From Minisyncoccota bacterium (GTDB lineage Bacteria; Patescibacteriota; Minisyncoccia; Phycocordibacterales; CAIZLB01), in the NCBI GenBank assembly GCA_021734945.1, contig JAIPIA010000003.1, positions 156,895 through 220,894 on the forward strand: 64,000 nucleotides of DNA, read 5' to 3'. Under the pieces are notes generated by a model that made no database searches, was not told where the DNA came from, and saw nothing but the letters and a program-made list of their open reading frames with translations. The position numbers and the translations under genes were made by a program. Positions 39,079 through 48,154 of this stretch are shown here, piece after piece (the stretch's first letter is position 1; each line of letters begins with the position of its first letter).

Positions 39079-40167
39079 TTAATATTTTGATTTTGGTAAT
39101 GCCAGGCCAATTACCGTTGCGTAGTTCAGAGATTCGAGATGCTCTATAGGTGGAATTTCTTGATCAAATGAGAATACATTAACCCAAACATTTGCGAGGT
39201 CCACAGGAACTTTTAATGAAAGTGCCATATATTCTCTAAAACCAATTATAGATGAATCACGACCAGTTAGCAGAACTTTAAAAGGTGCCGTTGGGTCTTT
39301 ACCGTTTTTATCAATGTGAGACAACCAATACATATATACTCGTTGAATTTCATCTCGAAGTGCTGAAACAACATTGATGAGAGACAAGAAGAAATCATTA
39401 TTATTTTCTGTCCTTACAAAACCCTTTTCTTTAATCATCCTCTCGGCAGCTTCTTTTGAAATAGAATTTTCTTTTGCAATTGCTGAAGCAAAATTATCAC
39501 CTCCAATATTAACAGTCGAAGTAAACTGCACCGTCTGTTCATTCACAATAGAAAGTACTGTTTTTGTTTTACCTATATTTACAACTAGATACGTTTGCAT
39601 ATCGTCGAGTGCAATAATAGATCGAGTAATCGCTTGATTTTCAATCAAAAAAGAAACCGGGGTCATTCCACATTTTTCAAACAAAGAAATATAATCTTCT
39701 ATTACACCCCTAGGGACCACAGACACTGACGCAAAATCAGTTCCCTTCTTACTATTTTCTTTAATAATATGATAATCAAAAACAGTATCAGCAAGAGCGA
39801 CTGGCACATTCTCTTCTAAATGAAATTCTATATGACTCCTGATTGCCTCATCATTACCAGTAGGTATCTCCGTAGTAAAAAGATAAGCCTTTTCTTCAGG
39901 TATAGAAATTTCAACAAAGTTAAATTTATTAACCTTTTGAATTTTTTTTAAAGCTAACATAAGATCTTGGTTTGATGATAAATGTTCGTCAAATACAACA
40001 GGATTTGGGAGTTCCTGTATACCAAATCTACCCAGAGTCAGACCCTTAGGGGATTTTACTATCTCAATATATCTGATAGCGTTTGAAGATATTTCAAAAC
40101 CAACATGAGACATACCCATATATTTTGGTGTAGGAAAGTATTTAAAAAAAGAAGAATAGCCTTTCAT
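39079..40167 (-). CDS. pilM: Type IV pilus assembly protein PilM
   Basis: GFEIS...IRYIE actin-like fold, VNIG...T, IGG..F, LLTG, Y..VIGLAL. Confidence 0.88.
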   Translation of the reverse strand: MKGYSSFFKYFPTPKYMGMSHVGFEISSNAIRYIEIVKSPKGLTLGRFGIQELPNPVVFDEHLSSNQDLMLALKKIQKVNKFNFVEISIPEEKAYLFTTEIPTGNDEAIRSHIEFHLEENVPVALADTVFDYHIIKENSKKGTDFASVSVVPRGVIEDYISLFEKCGMTPVSFLIENQAITRSIIALDDMQTYLVVNIGKTKTVLSIVNEQTVQFTSTVNIGGDNFASAIAKENSISKEAAERMIKEKGFVRTENNNDFFLSLINVVSALRDEIQRVYMYWLSHIDKNGKDPTAPFKVLLTGRDSSIIGFREYMALSLKVPVDLANVWVNVFSFDQEIPPIEHLESLNYATVIGLALPKSKY

Positions 40168-40277
40168 AGAACACCCAATGAGTTGAGTGTTTTTATTTTA
40201 ACACATTTAGCAAAGTTTACAGCAGTTCAGAATAATTTTATTTAAAATAAACTTGAATAACAGTACCCTATTGCAAA

Positions 40278-40700
40278 TTATCCTAATGTTGTACCAGATT
40301 GAATTTCTCTTGTAGGTGAAAATAGTACTAACCCTTGTTCATCACTACCTGCGAGAATCATTGCCCGACTCTCCATTCCCATAATACTTCTAGGTTCAAG
40401 GTTTATAACAAATACAAAACTTTTTTCTATCAAATCTTCAGGTAAAAATGTCTTGGCAATACCTGAAAGAACCTGCCTAGGTTTGTTATTCATTACAGTT
40501 TCTCCTGCTTCATTCTTTTCCTCCTCTTTTTCATTAAAATCGACAGATAACTTGAGAAGTTTCGGTGATCCTTCAACTTTTTCAGCAGACAATACCTTAC
40601 CTACTGCCATTTTAACCTTCAAAAAATCATCAAAGCCTATGTTTACATTTTTAACGACTTCTTCACCTACTTCTTGATTTGTGTGTATGATTTCGCTCAT
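40278..40700 (-). CDS. tRNA-binding OB-fold protein (MetRS C-terminal/Trbp111/CsaA)
   Basis: I.FDDF.KV, KLLKLSVD, RQVLSGIA, NLEPR.IMG.ES..MILA. Confidence 0.88.
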   Translation of the reverse strand: MSEIIHTNQEVGEEVVKNVNIGFDDFLKVKMAVGKVLSAEKVEGSPKLLKLSVDFNEKEEEKNEAGETVMNNKPRQVLSGIAKTFLPEDLIEKSFVFVINLEPRSIMGMESRAMILAGSDEQGLVLFSPTREIQSGTTLG

Positions 40701-40748
40701 TTTATATTTATATTTAATTTATGAAATTTTATCTATTAATTATGTAAA

Positions 40749-41231
40749 TTATTCATCTTTCTGGATGTACTTAGTATCTTCTATTTCTTCTAGCGACCTC
40801 TGTGGGGATTTTTGATGTTTTATTCTATCAAGATAACTTTGCAAAATAACAGCTGCTGCCGAAGCATCTATATCTGACCTCTGCCCTTGGAGGCGTTCTG
40901 CTTGCATTGTTGAAAATATCTCTGGTTCAAAAATTACATCCAAACCTCTCGCCTCAAGGTGATTAATAAATTCATAGACTTCCTTCATTACCACATTGTC
41001 CTCTCCTTTAAAGTTTTTAGATTCCCCTAGCACAACCTCTCGTGCTCCAACCTCATTACATACTCGTGACACCTCGTCTGCAACGTTCTCAAGACCTGTG
41101 TTTTGTATAATACCCTTCGGAAAAGCCATTGATCCCTGATCATCAGAAACAGCCAAACCTATACGCTTGGTACCATAATCAATACCCACATACTTCTTAT
41201 ACACATTTGTCTCAGAAACGTCAGTACTCAT
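40749..41231 (-). CDS. ruvX: YqgF/RuvX family nuclease
   Basis: GIDYGTKRIGLAVSD, E..ST..A, DASAAAVILQSYLD. Confidence 0.93.
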   Translation of the reverse strand: MSTDVSETNVYKKYVGIDYGTKRIGLAVSDDQGSMAFPKGIIQNTGLENVADEVSRVCNEVGAREVVLGESKNFKGEDNVVMKEVYEFINHLEARGLDVIFEPEIFSTMQAERLQGQRSDIDASAAAVILQSYLDRIKHQKSPQRSLEEIEDTKYIQKDE

Positions 41232-41311
41232 ATATTGGGCAATATACCATAATATTGCCTTCTAAAGCAGGATAGTTGAAAAAACATTTATTTTAATATA
41301 TAGTCTTACGC

Positions 41312-41398
41312 GGAGGAGTGGCAGAGTGGTCTATCGCGCTTGTCTTGAAAACAAGAGTCCCTTCACGGGGACCGTGAGTTCGAATCTCACCTCCTCCG
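41312..41398 (+). tRNA. tRNA-Ser(TGA)
   Basis: Anticodon arm CTTGT-CTTGAAA-ACAAG, long variable arm, acceptor GGAGGAG/CTCCTCC. Confidence 0.95.
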
Positions 41399-41457
41399 CA
41401 AAAACAAAGGAGTCCAGCTTTATGCTGGGCTTTTTTGTTTTAAACAGATGGTAGCGT

Positions 41458-41600
41458 GGTGAGATTCGAAAGTGATGTTAAAAGCAAACTGCTTTGTCTT
41501 TTTTACGAGCCGACTATGAAGGGAGTGTTTCCAATCTGAGTGAGAATACAGTTTACAGTTCGGGCGAAACAGGAAACACTCACGAAGTGGAATCTCACCT
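41458..41600 (+). repeat. Element bounded by inverted and direct copies of the tRNA-Ser T-arm 3' half
   Basis: GGTGAGATTCGAA (41458-41470) is the reverse complement of tRNA 41379-41391; GAATCTCACCT at 41590-41600; inner IR GAGTGTTTCC/GGAAACACTC. Confidence 0.75.
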
Positions 41601-41650
41601 TATTTAAAATGTTACAAGAAATATTAGCAAAAATATAAAACTTATCCTTC

Positions 41651-42055
41651 CTACTTCTGCCAACGCTTACCCCAACCAATATAAAGATTATTTAAAAATG
41701 TATTCCACTTTTTAACAGAAAGATACTTTGGATATATACAAGGGTCCAACGGCTCATCAGATTCCCAAACAACTTCAAACTGTCCATCAATTTCAATTCT
41801 ACCTATTCTGGCAGTTCTTTTTAAATGCTGTGTTTCTTTATCAAATCTGACTATCCCCTCAGGTGACTGGAATGAAATCTCACCTAAAGACTCACGTACA
41901 CTTCTTGAATCATCCGCACCAGCTTTTTCTACTGCTTTTGCAAAAAGATATACACTTGTATATGCAGTTGCAATTGGATCATTAACGACCCTATGGCTCC
42001 CATATTTCTTTTTAAAATTTTCAACAAATATTTTATTTGTCTTTGAGTTGATATT
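41651..42055 (-). pseudogene. 3' fragment of an UrtA/AmiC-type ABC substrate-binding protein gene
   Basis: Manual translation NINSKTNKIFVENFKKKYGSHRVVNDPIATAYTSVYLFAKAVEKAG...SPEG...RIGRIEIDGQFEVVWES...LYIGWGKRWQK*; preceded in frame by TAG, no 5' start codon. Confidence 0.8.
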
Positions 42056-42177
42056 CTAATCTTTATTCTTGTACTTTTGGTAGATAGCTGCACTCTCAAC
42101 ATATAGCCACACTCATCGGGTAATAGAGATTTATTTCAATTAAATAAAAATTAAAGTAAAATGGATTATATACATAA

Positions 42178-43314
42178 ATGAAAAAAGCTCTATTTCTCAT
42201 GTTAAACAGGTCACATGACCAAAATTCTATAAAAGATGGAGGGCCTGCTTTGACTAGTGAATTAACAAAAGCTCTTAAACGTAAAAATTATTCCATTGAT
42301 TATATAAGTGGAAATGATATGGCTAAAACAAAACAACACTCAGACTTATCCCCCCTTCTACAACGTATACAAAAAGCAAATGAATTCGGAAAATTTGTTG
42401 ATAAAAATATTTTTAAAGATTATGATTTAATTTTTCTTTCGCACCCAAGCACCGCAATGGGTTTCGAGGCTACAGATTTTCCTATTGAAAAGACCGTTTT
42501 ATTTCCTACCCTACTCGGGAGAGAGTATGCACATTTTATGGAAGTACCAAAAGAATATATAGATTTAGAAAAGAAAATACTTAGTTTCGGATACAAAATT
42601 CAAACACCCTCTAATCAGCAATTTAAAATATTAAACGAAGAATACAATGTTCCAAAAGAGAATATTTTAATTAAACAAAGAGGTTTTTCACCATCTATTT
42701 TTCCAATCAAAGTAAGACACCTACGTAATGATGTTTCTAAAGAAAAACCATTGCGACTAATGAGCGCTAACGCTGTAAGACCCCAAAAAGGCTACATGGA
42801 ATTAATAGACATTGTCGATTTTTGTATAAAAAAAGAATTACCAGTTCAAATAGTTATATATGGTGACACTATTCAATCAAGCAATGAAACATATCTTAAA
42901 TATGCACAGAATTTTGTTGATAAGGTCCAAGAGAAGAATCTTCAAGAATATTTTGAATTTCATCCTTCTGTTGAACAAGAATTATTAAGTAAAGAGATGG
43001 AAAAAGTTGACCTTGCAATAATACCTTCAATCTATGAAAGTTTTGGTAAATCAGCCTTGGAAGCATCAGCAAGTGGTTTACCTACCATTGTCTTTGATGA
43101 CATTTCTGTATATAGAGAATTTTTAAATGATCAGACTGCTATTTTTACTAAAAGAAATCCTAAAGATTTTTACAAATCTATTATCGAATTGATTTCTGCG
43201 CCTGAAAAATATAACAACATCAGTATAAGTGGCATAGAAAATGGAAAAAAATATGTTTCTGAGAATATATATGACGAATTAATTCAGGAGATAGAAGACA
43301 TCTCTAGTAATTAA
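42178..43314 (+). CDS. Glycosyltransferase family 4 (GT-B)
   Basis: QKG motif, IPSIYESFGKSALEASASGLP. Confidence 0.88.
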   Translation: MKKALFLMLNRSHDQNSIKDGGPALTSELTKALKRKNYSIDYISGNDMAKTKQHSDLSPLLQRIQKANEFGKFVDKNIFKDYDLIFLSHPSTAMGFEATDFPIEKTVLFPTLLGREYAHFMEVPKEYIDLEKKILSFGYKIQTPSNQQFKILNEEYNVPKENILIKQRGFSPSIFPIKVRHLRNDVSKEKPLRLMSANAVRPQKGYMELIDIVDFCIKKELPVQIVIYGDTIQSSNETYLKYAQNFVDKVQEKNLQEYFEFHPSVEQELLSKEMEKVDLAIIPSIYESFGKSALEASASGLPTIVFDDISVYREFLNDQTAIFTKRNPKDFYKSIIELISAPEKYNNISISGIENGKKYVSENIYDELIQEIEDISSN

Positions 43315-43913
43315 TCTTTCAAAATAGATATCAAGAATTTAATCTTTTCAATATCGTCCAAATTTTTTTGTCTTACCTTAAGACCAACTTGATTATGCCA
43401 ACCAATCTTTTCTTCAAGTAGATATTCTAACTTTAAAAATCTAGCTTTTACTCCTAAGAAAGATATTTCAACACTAGCATCGCGAGCATTAGTACTAAAT
43501 TTTAATAATTTTCCATGACTTGGCATAGTTGCACGACCAAATTCATCTTCCCAATATCTATGTATATCAGCATGGCAGTACATTGGTTTATCTTCTCTTG
43601 CTTGATCTACTTTGTAACACTCTCCTCTCACTTCTTCAGGCTCATACACAACATGACCCTTACTTTCCAAAAAAACTTTTATTCTTTCTACCGTCAAACT
43701 ATCAGCCATAAGATCAATATCACCATGCTGTCTTGTAAAATACCCACAATGAGCATCAATTGCAAAACCCGCCAAAAAATAGACTACCCACCCTTCTGTT
43801 AATGCCTCACTAGCAATTTCTTTATATAAAATTAAAGATCTCTTACTTCTTTCATCCAAAGCATCTAGTGGCATTGGTGGGTATTTTTCCTCTAGATTAG
43901 GAGAACACATCAT
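43311..43913 (-). CDS. Nucleotidyltransferase, Lnu(A)/ANT(2'')-like superfamily
   Basis: LAGFAIDAHCG..TRQHGDIDL motif, later DIH. Confidence 0.7.
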   Translation of the reverse strand: MMCSPNLEEKYPPMPLDALDERSKRSLILYKEIASEALTEGWVVYFLAGFAIDAHCGYFTRQHGDIDLMADSLTVERIKVFLESKGHVVYEPEEVRGECYKVDQAREDKPMYCHADIHRYWEDEFGRATMPSHGKLLKFSTNARDASVEISFLGVKARFLKLEYLLEEKIGWHNQVGLKVRQKNLDDIEKIKFLISILKD

Positions 43914-44089
43914 AAGTAAACAATATCATGTGTTTAGGAAGTATAAAAAAAGAAACACCCTTCACACCCAATTAAATATATTGTATTATCGAGCCACCCT
44001 TGAATGTTCAAGGTTTCAAACCGTTAAAAGTTAGTTCATCAGACAGACAATCATATATCCACCCTGAAACACAGTCCCTCCACTCACCC

Positions 44090-44308
44090 ATGAAAACGCT
44101 CGTTCACCTTCTCTCCGTCTTGGCTTTTGCCACCCTCGCAGCACCCAGCTGCACAATGCAAAAAACCGTCCCTATTTCCTCAGACCGCAGTAATGGCCTG
44201 CTGGACAATGTTCACATCGTCGACAACGACAACATTCGCGAGCAGCAACGAATTGTGACGGGGAGCGACACAAAAGTCCTCCCAATCCTGACCTTCACAG
44301 GCCAATAG
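44090..44308 (+). CDS. Small putative lipoprotein
   Basis: MKTLVHLLSVLAFATLAAPSC signal/lipobox-like; followed by terminator 44352-44390. Confidence 0.5.
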   Translation: MKTLVHLLSVLAFATLAAPSCTMQKTVPISSDRSNGLLDNVHIVDNDNIREQQRIVTGSDTKVLPILTFTGQ

Positions 44309-44351
44309 TCAATTCTCTGACTCACAAGCGTCGATCAGCTCGACAAAATCA

Positions 44352-44390
44352 CAGGCCGGAGGCCCAACCCTCACTCCGGCCTGTTTTTTA
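44352..44390 (+). terminator. Intrinsic terminator
   Basis: CAGGCCGGAG...CTCCGGCCTG followed by TTTTTT. Confidence 0.8.
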
Positions 44391-44504
44391 TTTTCAAAAT
44401 TATATTTATAAGAGTTTTATTTTAGACCAACGCTTTATTTATTTCACTAACAACCATATTAATAAATACAACACAAATCTTTTTTCATATGCTAAAATAT
44501 ATTT

Positions 44505-44975
44505 ATGGGAAAAGATCCATTTATTTGGAATGCACATGAATACTATTTTCAGACAAAAACAGCTGATTGGTATTGGGCTGTTGGTATTATTGGTGTATCG
44601 CTCGCAACTATCTCTATTATCTATGGAAATGTATTATTCGCTCTACTTGTACTTGTTAGTACAATTGCACTATCTGTGTTTGCTTCAAAAGAACCAGCTT
44701 TTGTACGTTTTGAAATAAACAAAAGTGGAATAATTATTGGAAAAACATTATTTCCATTTGGAACACTCGACTCTTTTTGGGTAGAAGACAACAAACACCT
44801 CGGTCATGCTTCGCAGCTTTTTATAAAATCTAAAAAAGTTATGGTTCCTATAATAGCCATTCCCCTCGAAGGAATGAACCCTGAGGACATTCGAGATTTC
44901 TTACTTGACCATTTATTTGAAACTCCACACTCTGAGCCACTTGGACAAAAAATTCTTGAGTACTTTGGTTTCTAA
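44505..44975 (+). CDS. Conserved two-TM membrane protein (CPR-type, DUF5673-like)
   Basis: W.A.EY....K..DWYW, two TMs, FW motif. Confidence 0.65.
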   Translation: MGKDPFIWNAHEYYFQTKTADWYWAVGIIGVSLATISIIYGNVLFALLVLVSTIALSVFASKEPAFVRFEINKSGIIIGKTLFPFGTLDSFWVEDNKHLGHASQLFIKSKKVMVPIIAIPLEGMNPEDIRDFLLDHLFETPHSEPLGQKILEYFGF

Positions 44976-45032
44976 ACTTTTTGTGATATTTTGCTGCTAT
45001 TGTTGATGGTGTTTTACATACACCCTTTTACA

Positions 45033-45104
45033 GCTCTCGTCGTTCAATGGATAGGACGTAACTTTGCGGAAGTTATGATGCAGGTTCGATTCCTGCCGAG
45101 AGCA
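45033..45104 (+). tRNA. tRNA-Arg(GCG)
   Basis: Anticodon arm TAACT-TTGCGGA-AGTTA; acceptor GCTCTCG/CGAGAGC. Confidence 0.92.
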
Positions 45105-45205
45105 CACTAAAAATAAAATAACCTGCCATAAGGTATTTTTTTACATTCTATTCGACAAAACAAAAAGGATAGATTGAATCTTTACTTATGTTATTCTTTA
45201 GACAT

Positions 45206-45322
45206 ATGACCTATGAAGATTTTGAACAATATCAAAGAGATGAGGAAGAAAGAAGGCGTCGAGAAGGAAAACATCTTGATGATCAGAAAATTGATGCAAC
45301 TATAGATGAGGATAATAAATAA
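45206..45322 (+). CDS. 38-aa charged small protein (below ORF-track cutoff)
   Basis: MTYEDFEQYQRDEEERRRREGKHLDDQKIDATIDEDNK*; TGtTATTCT extended -10 just upstream. Confidence 0.4.
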   Translation: MTYEDFEQYQRDEEERRRREGKHLDDQKIDATIDEDNK

Positions 45323-45351
45323 AAATAATATTTTACTCAAATATAAATTCA

Positions 45352-45873
45352 ATGAATACTGTTACTGCAAAACATCTACTAATCATTAACGGTGTACAAT
45401 TTAAAAAGAACCTCTCTCCTGATCGAGAGTTTATAGCAAGACTTGAAAAGGCCGCAGATTTTATAAAACACAACCCAATAGACAGCGTTGTAATTAGTGG
45501 TGGTTTCACTAGAAAGGGGTGTCCATCAGAAGCATCATTTGGGAAACAATATCTTAAAAAGCATACCAACATACCCATTTATAAAGAAGAAGGATCTTAT
45601 ACAACCATTGAGAATATAAAATTTACAAAGAAGATTTTTGTTGAATTCGATAAAATAACCGTTATAACAACGACAGGTAGGCTAACTAGGCTCAAATATC
45701 TCTACCAGACGATCTGGAAAGAAACTGCAGGTAAAATAGAATTTATAATAACTCCCCACTCCCAACATATTTTTCTACCTCTCCTAGAAACCTTCTACTT
45801 ACTCTACTCTTGGTTTGATATTCACGAAAAAATTTTACCTCGCGTTGCTAAGAGAATTCTAAGGAACAAATAG
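45352..45873 (+). CDS. YdcF/DUF218 family protein
   Basis: RL.KA, VISGG, SEA, EE.S.TT.EN motifs. Confidence 0.8.
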   Translation: MNTVTAKHLLIINGVQFKKNLSPDREFIARLEKAADFIKHNPIDSVVISGGFTRKGCPSEASFGKQYLKKHTNIPIYKEEGSYTTIENIKFTKKIFVEFDKITVITTTGRLTRLKYLYQTIWKETAGKIEFIITPHSQHIFLPLLETFYLLYSWFDIHEKILPRVAKRILRNK

Positions 45874-45915
45874 ATAAAAATTTCTCTCCTACAGTCGTTA
45901 TGCTAAAATAAAGGT

Positions 45916-46131
45916 ATGCCTGCACTTACAGATATTAAAACATACGCTACCTTTATATATGCGTTTCTTATGCTCGTATACTGGAGTGGTACATTTGTGA
46001 TTTTATACCACCTTATTCGTTTCGGTATTGGCAATCAACCAAAAAAAATTGCTGTTGTGTTTCTCAGTGGATCACTCATTCTTTCTATAATCACTACACT
46101 GTTTTTTGCTCAAGTAATTTTTACACAATAA
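45916..46131 (+). CDS. Small two-TM protein
   Basis: Hydrophobic, YHL.RFG motif; extended -10 upstream. Confidence 0.65.
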   Translation: MPALTDIKTYATFIYAFLMLVYWSGTFVILYHLIRFGIGNQPKKIAVVFLSGSLILSIITTLFFAQVIFTQ

Positions 46132-46132
46132 T

Positions 46133-46981
46133 ATGTTTAATTTTTTAAAAAATACATCTTATACTTTCGAAGGTAAAAAAGATGAAGAAAGCGTGGTTCT
46201 ATTCCTCCATAGACATTGGTATGTTCTAACAGGAAAAATTACTACTATCCTTATAATGAGTCTTGTACCTATTCTCCTTCTTATTGTATTTGGACAACTT
46301 ATACTCTCTAATAATCTAATTCCTCTTTTTACGTTTCTTTGGGCTTCATACATTATGGCTCTTTGGTACTATCTCTTTTATGTACTAACAATGTACACTC
46401 TAGACTATTGGATAGTTACAAATGAACGTATAGTAAATAATATTCAACGAGGTTTTTTTAATCGAAGCATAGCTGAGCTTAGTATTCACATGATTCAAGA
46501 TGTTTCAGTAAAGTTAGTTGGAATGATACCGACCATGCTCAATTTTGGTTCTGTTGAAGTTCAAACAGCAGCAGAAGAGGGTCATTTTAAACTCCAAGAT
46601 GTTCCAAAACCTCAATCTGTAAAAGATAAAGTTATGGAAATAATAGAAGAAACGGAAAGCGAGTTAGGGCCACGAATGCATGGTATGACACAACGTCATC
46701 ATTTTCATCCAGACAAATATGTTATTCAAAGAATTAGTGAGGAAACAAAAAACAAACTTCCTGAGACAGATACAACTAGTGATGTTGAGATGGGTGAAAA
46801 TAATAATGAAGGTTTCTTTGATAATAAAAGCATAGACACAGTCAGTGATGAGGGATTAGATAAAGAGACCCAACTTAAGAGGCAAATTGAATGGCAGGAG
46901 CAAAACCGCATCAATGAAGATAATACTGGTAACAACGCTCCATCTAAAAGCAACTTTGTCCCACCAAACCTACCCCTATAA
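46133..46981 (+). CDS. bPH (PH-like) domain membrane protein
   Basis: RHW, D.WIVTNERIV...Q.GFF.R, IQDV, FG.V.VQTA. Confidence 0.8.
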   Translation: MFNFLKNTSYTFEGKKDEESVVLFLHRHWYVLTGKITTILIMSLVPILLLIVFGQLILSNNLIPLFTFLWASYIMALWYYLFYVLTMYTLDYWIVTNERIVNNIQRGFFNRSIAELSIHMIQDVSVKLVGMIPTMLNFGSVEVQTAAEEGHFKLQDVPKPQSVKDKVMEIIEETESELGPRMHGMTQRHHFHPDKYVIQRISEETKNKLPETDTTSDVEMGENNNEGFFDNKSIDTVSDEGLDKETQLKRQIEWQEQNRINEDNTGNNAPSKSNFVPPNLPL

Positions 46982-47111
46982 AGCGCGGTCCGTATGGGTT
47001 TCCGAGAATTTTCTGGAAAGGATAACATTGCAAATAAAGGTCAATCTAATAAAAATACCCTCCATCTCTGGTGGGTATTTTTACAACTAATCTATCTAGT
47101 CTAGCTTGAAA

Positions 47112-47375
47112 CTATGCGTTTCGCTTAATAAAAGCAGAGAGTCGTGATTTCTTTCGGTCAGCTGCACCTTTTTTGATTGTGCCAGCCTTTGCAGCCTTAT
47201 CTAGAGCACTGTAAGCCTCTGATATTGCTTTTGTAGCTTCTTTGATTTTCTTGTCTGCTACGAGCTTTTTAATGTCTTTGATAGCTACTTCTACCTTCTT
47301 CTGTCGTCGAATATTGTATACTCGCTTCTTTTCAGAACCTCGAAGTGCTTTTTTTGCTGATTTGATAATTGGCAT
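47112..47375 (-). CDS. rpsT: 30S ribosomal protein S20
   Basis: MPIIKSAKKALR, AY.ALDKAAK, RKKSRL. Confidence 0.96.
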   Translation of the reverse strand: MPIIKSAKKALRGSEKKRVYNIRRQKKVEVAIKDIKKLVADKKIKEATKAISEAYSALDKAAKAGTIKKGAADRKKSRLSAFIKRNA

Positions 47376-47478
47376 ATGTAGTCAAGAATGTACCAAATAA
47401 AGACAGATTTGGCAAACTTTGTAAGAACGAGGACTCCAGCAAGCAAAACTTAGCCGAGTTTGATAGAATGAGTCCAAG

Positions 47479-48060
47479 ATGATTTCATACCTCAAAGGGA
47501 CTATTCAACACAAAGATATCAAATACGTAGTGATTATGACTAACGGCGGAGTTGGCTACAAAGTCTATACCACCCTTGAAACTCTTGGACAAAGCAGTAC
47601 AGGAGAACAGGTTGAATTATGGATTCACACAGTAGTAAGAGAGGACGCACTCGATCTATATGGGTTTAGCAACAAACGAAGTTTAGATTTTTTTGAACTT
47701 CTTTTGACTATATCTGGTATAGGTCCAAAATCTGCATTAGGAATTCTCAGTGCCACAACCGTTGACTCAATTATAGAAGCAATTACAACTGGAGAAAGTG
47801 CCTACCTCACAAAGATTGCTGGTATTGGAAAAAAAGTCGTAGAGAAAATTATTCTCGAACTCAAAGGTAAAATTGGTGATAACTTCGGAGCGAGTACAGA
47901 CTCATATGGAGTTGGTAATCATGATGTGGATACAATCGAGGCTCTTAAATCACTTGGGTATACACACAAAGAAGCTAAAGATGCTCTCGATGAAATTCCA
48001 AAAGATGTTAAGACCACAAGTGACAAGATTAAAGCTGCTTTAAAACTTCTCGGTCGGTAA
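47479..48060 (+). CDS. ruvA: Holliday junction branch migration protein RuvA
   Basis: MISYLKG, GVGY, VRED..LYGF, ISGIGPKSAL, AL.SLGY. Confidence 0.96.
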   Translation: MISYLKGTIQHKDIKYVVIMTNGGVGYKVYTTLETLGQSSTGEQVELWIHTVVREDALDLYGFSNKRSLDFFELLLTISGIGPKSALGILSATTVDSIIEAITTGESAYLTKIAGIGKKVVEKIILELKGKIGDNFGASTDSYGVGNHDVDTIEALKSLGYTHKEAKDALDEIPKDVKTTSDKIKAALKLLGR

Positions 48061-48154
48061 GTTTTAAACATGTTATACACAGGTTTAAAACCTATTGGAC
48101 ACGGATTTAAAACACTTGTAAATCTGTACATCGTATAGAAATAAATTAAACACT

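Noticed and set aside
41874-41885. GAAATCTCACCT as a further tRNA-Ser att copy
   Set aside because: Lies inside the UrtA-like coding fragment (LGEISF); probably coincidental
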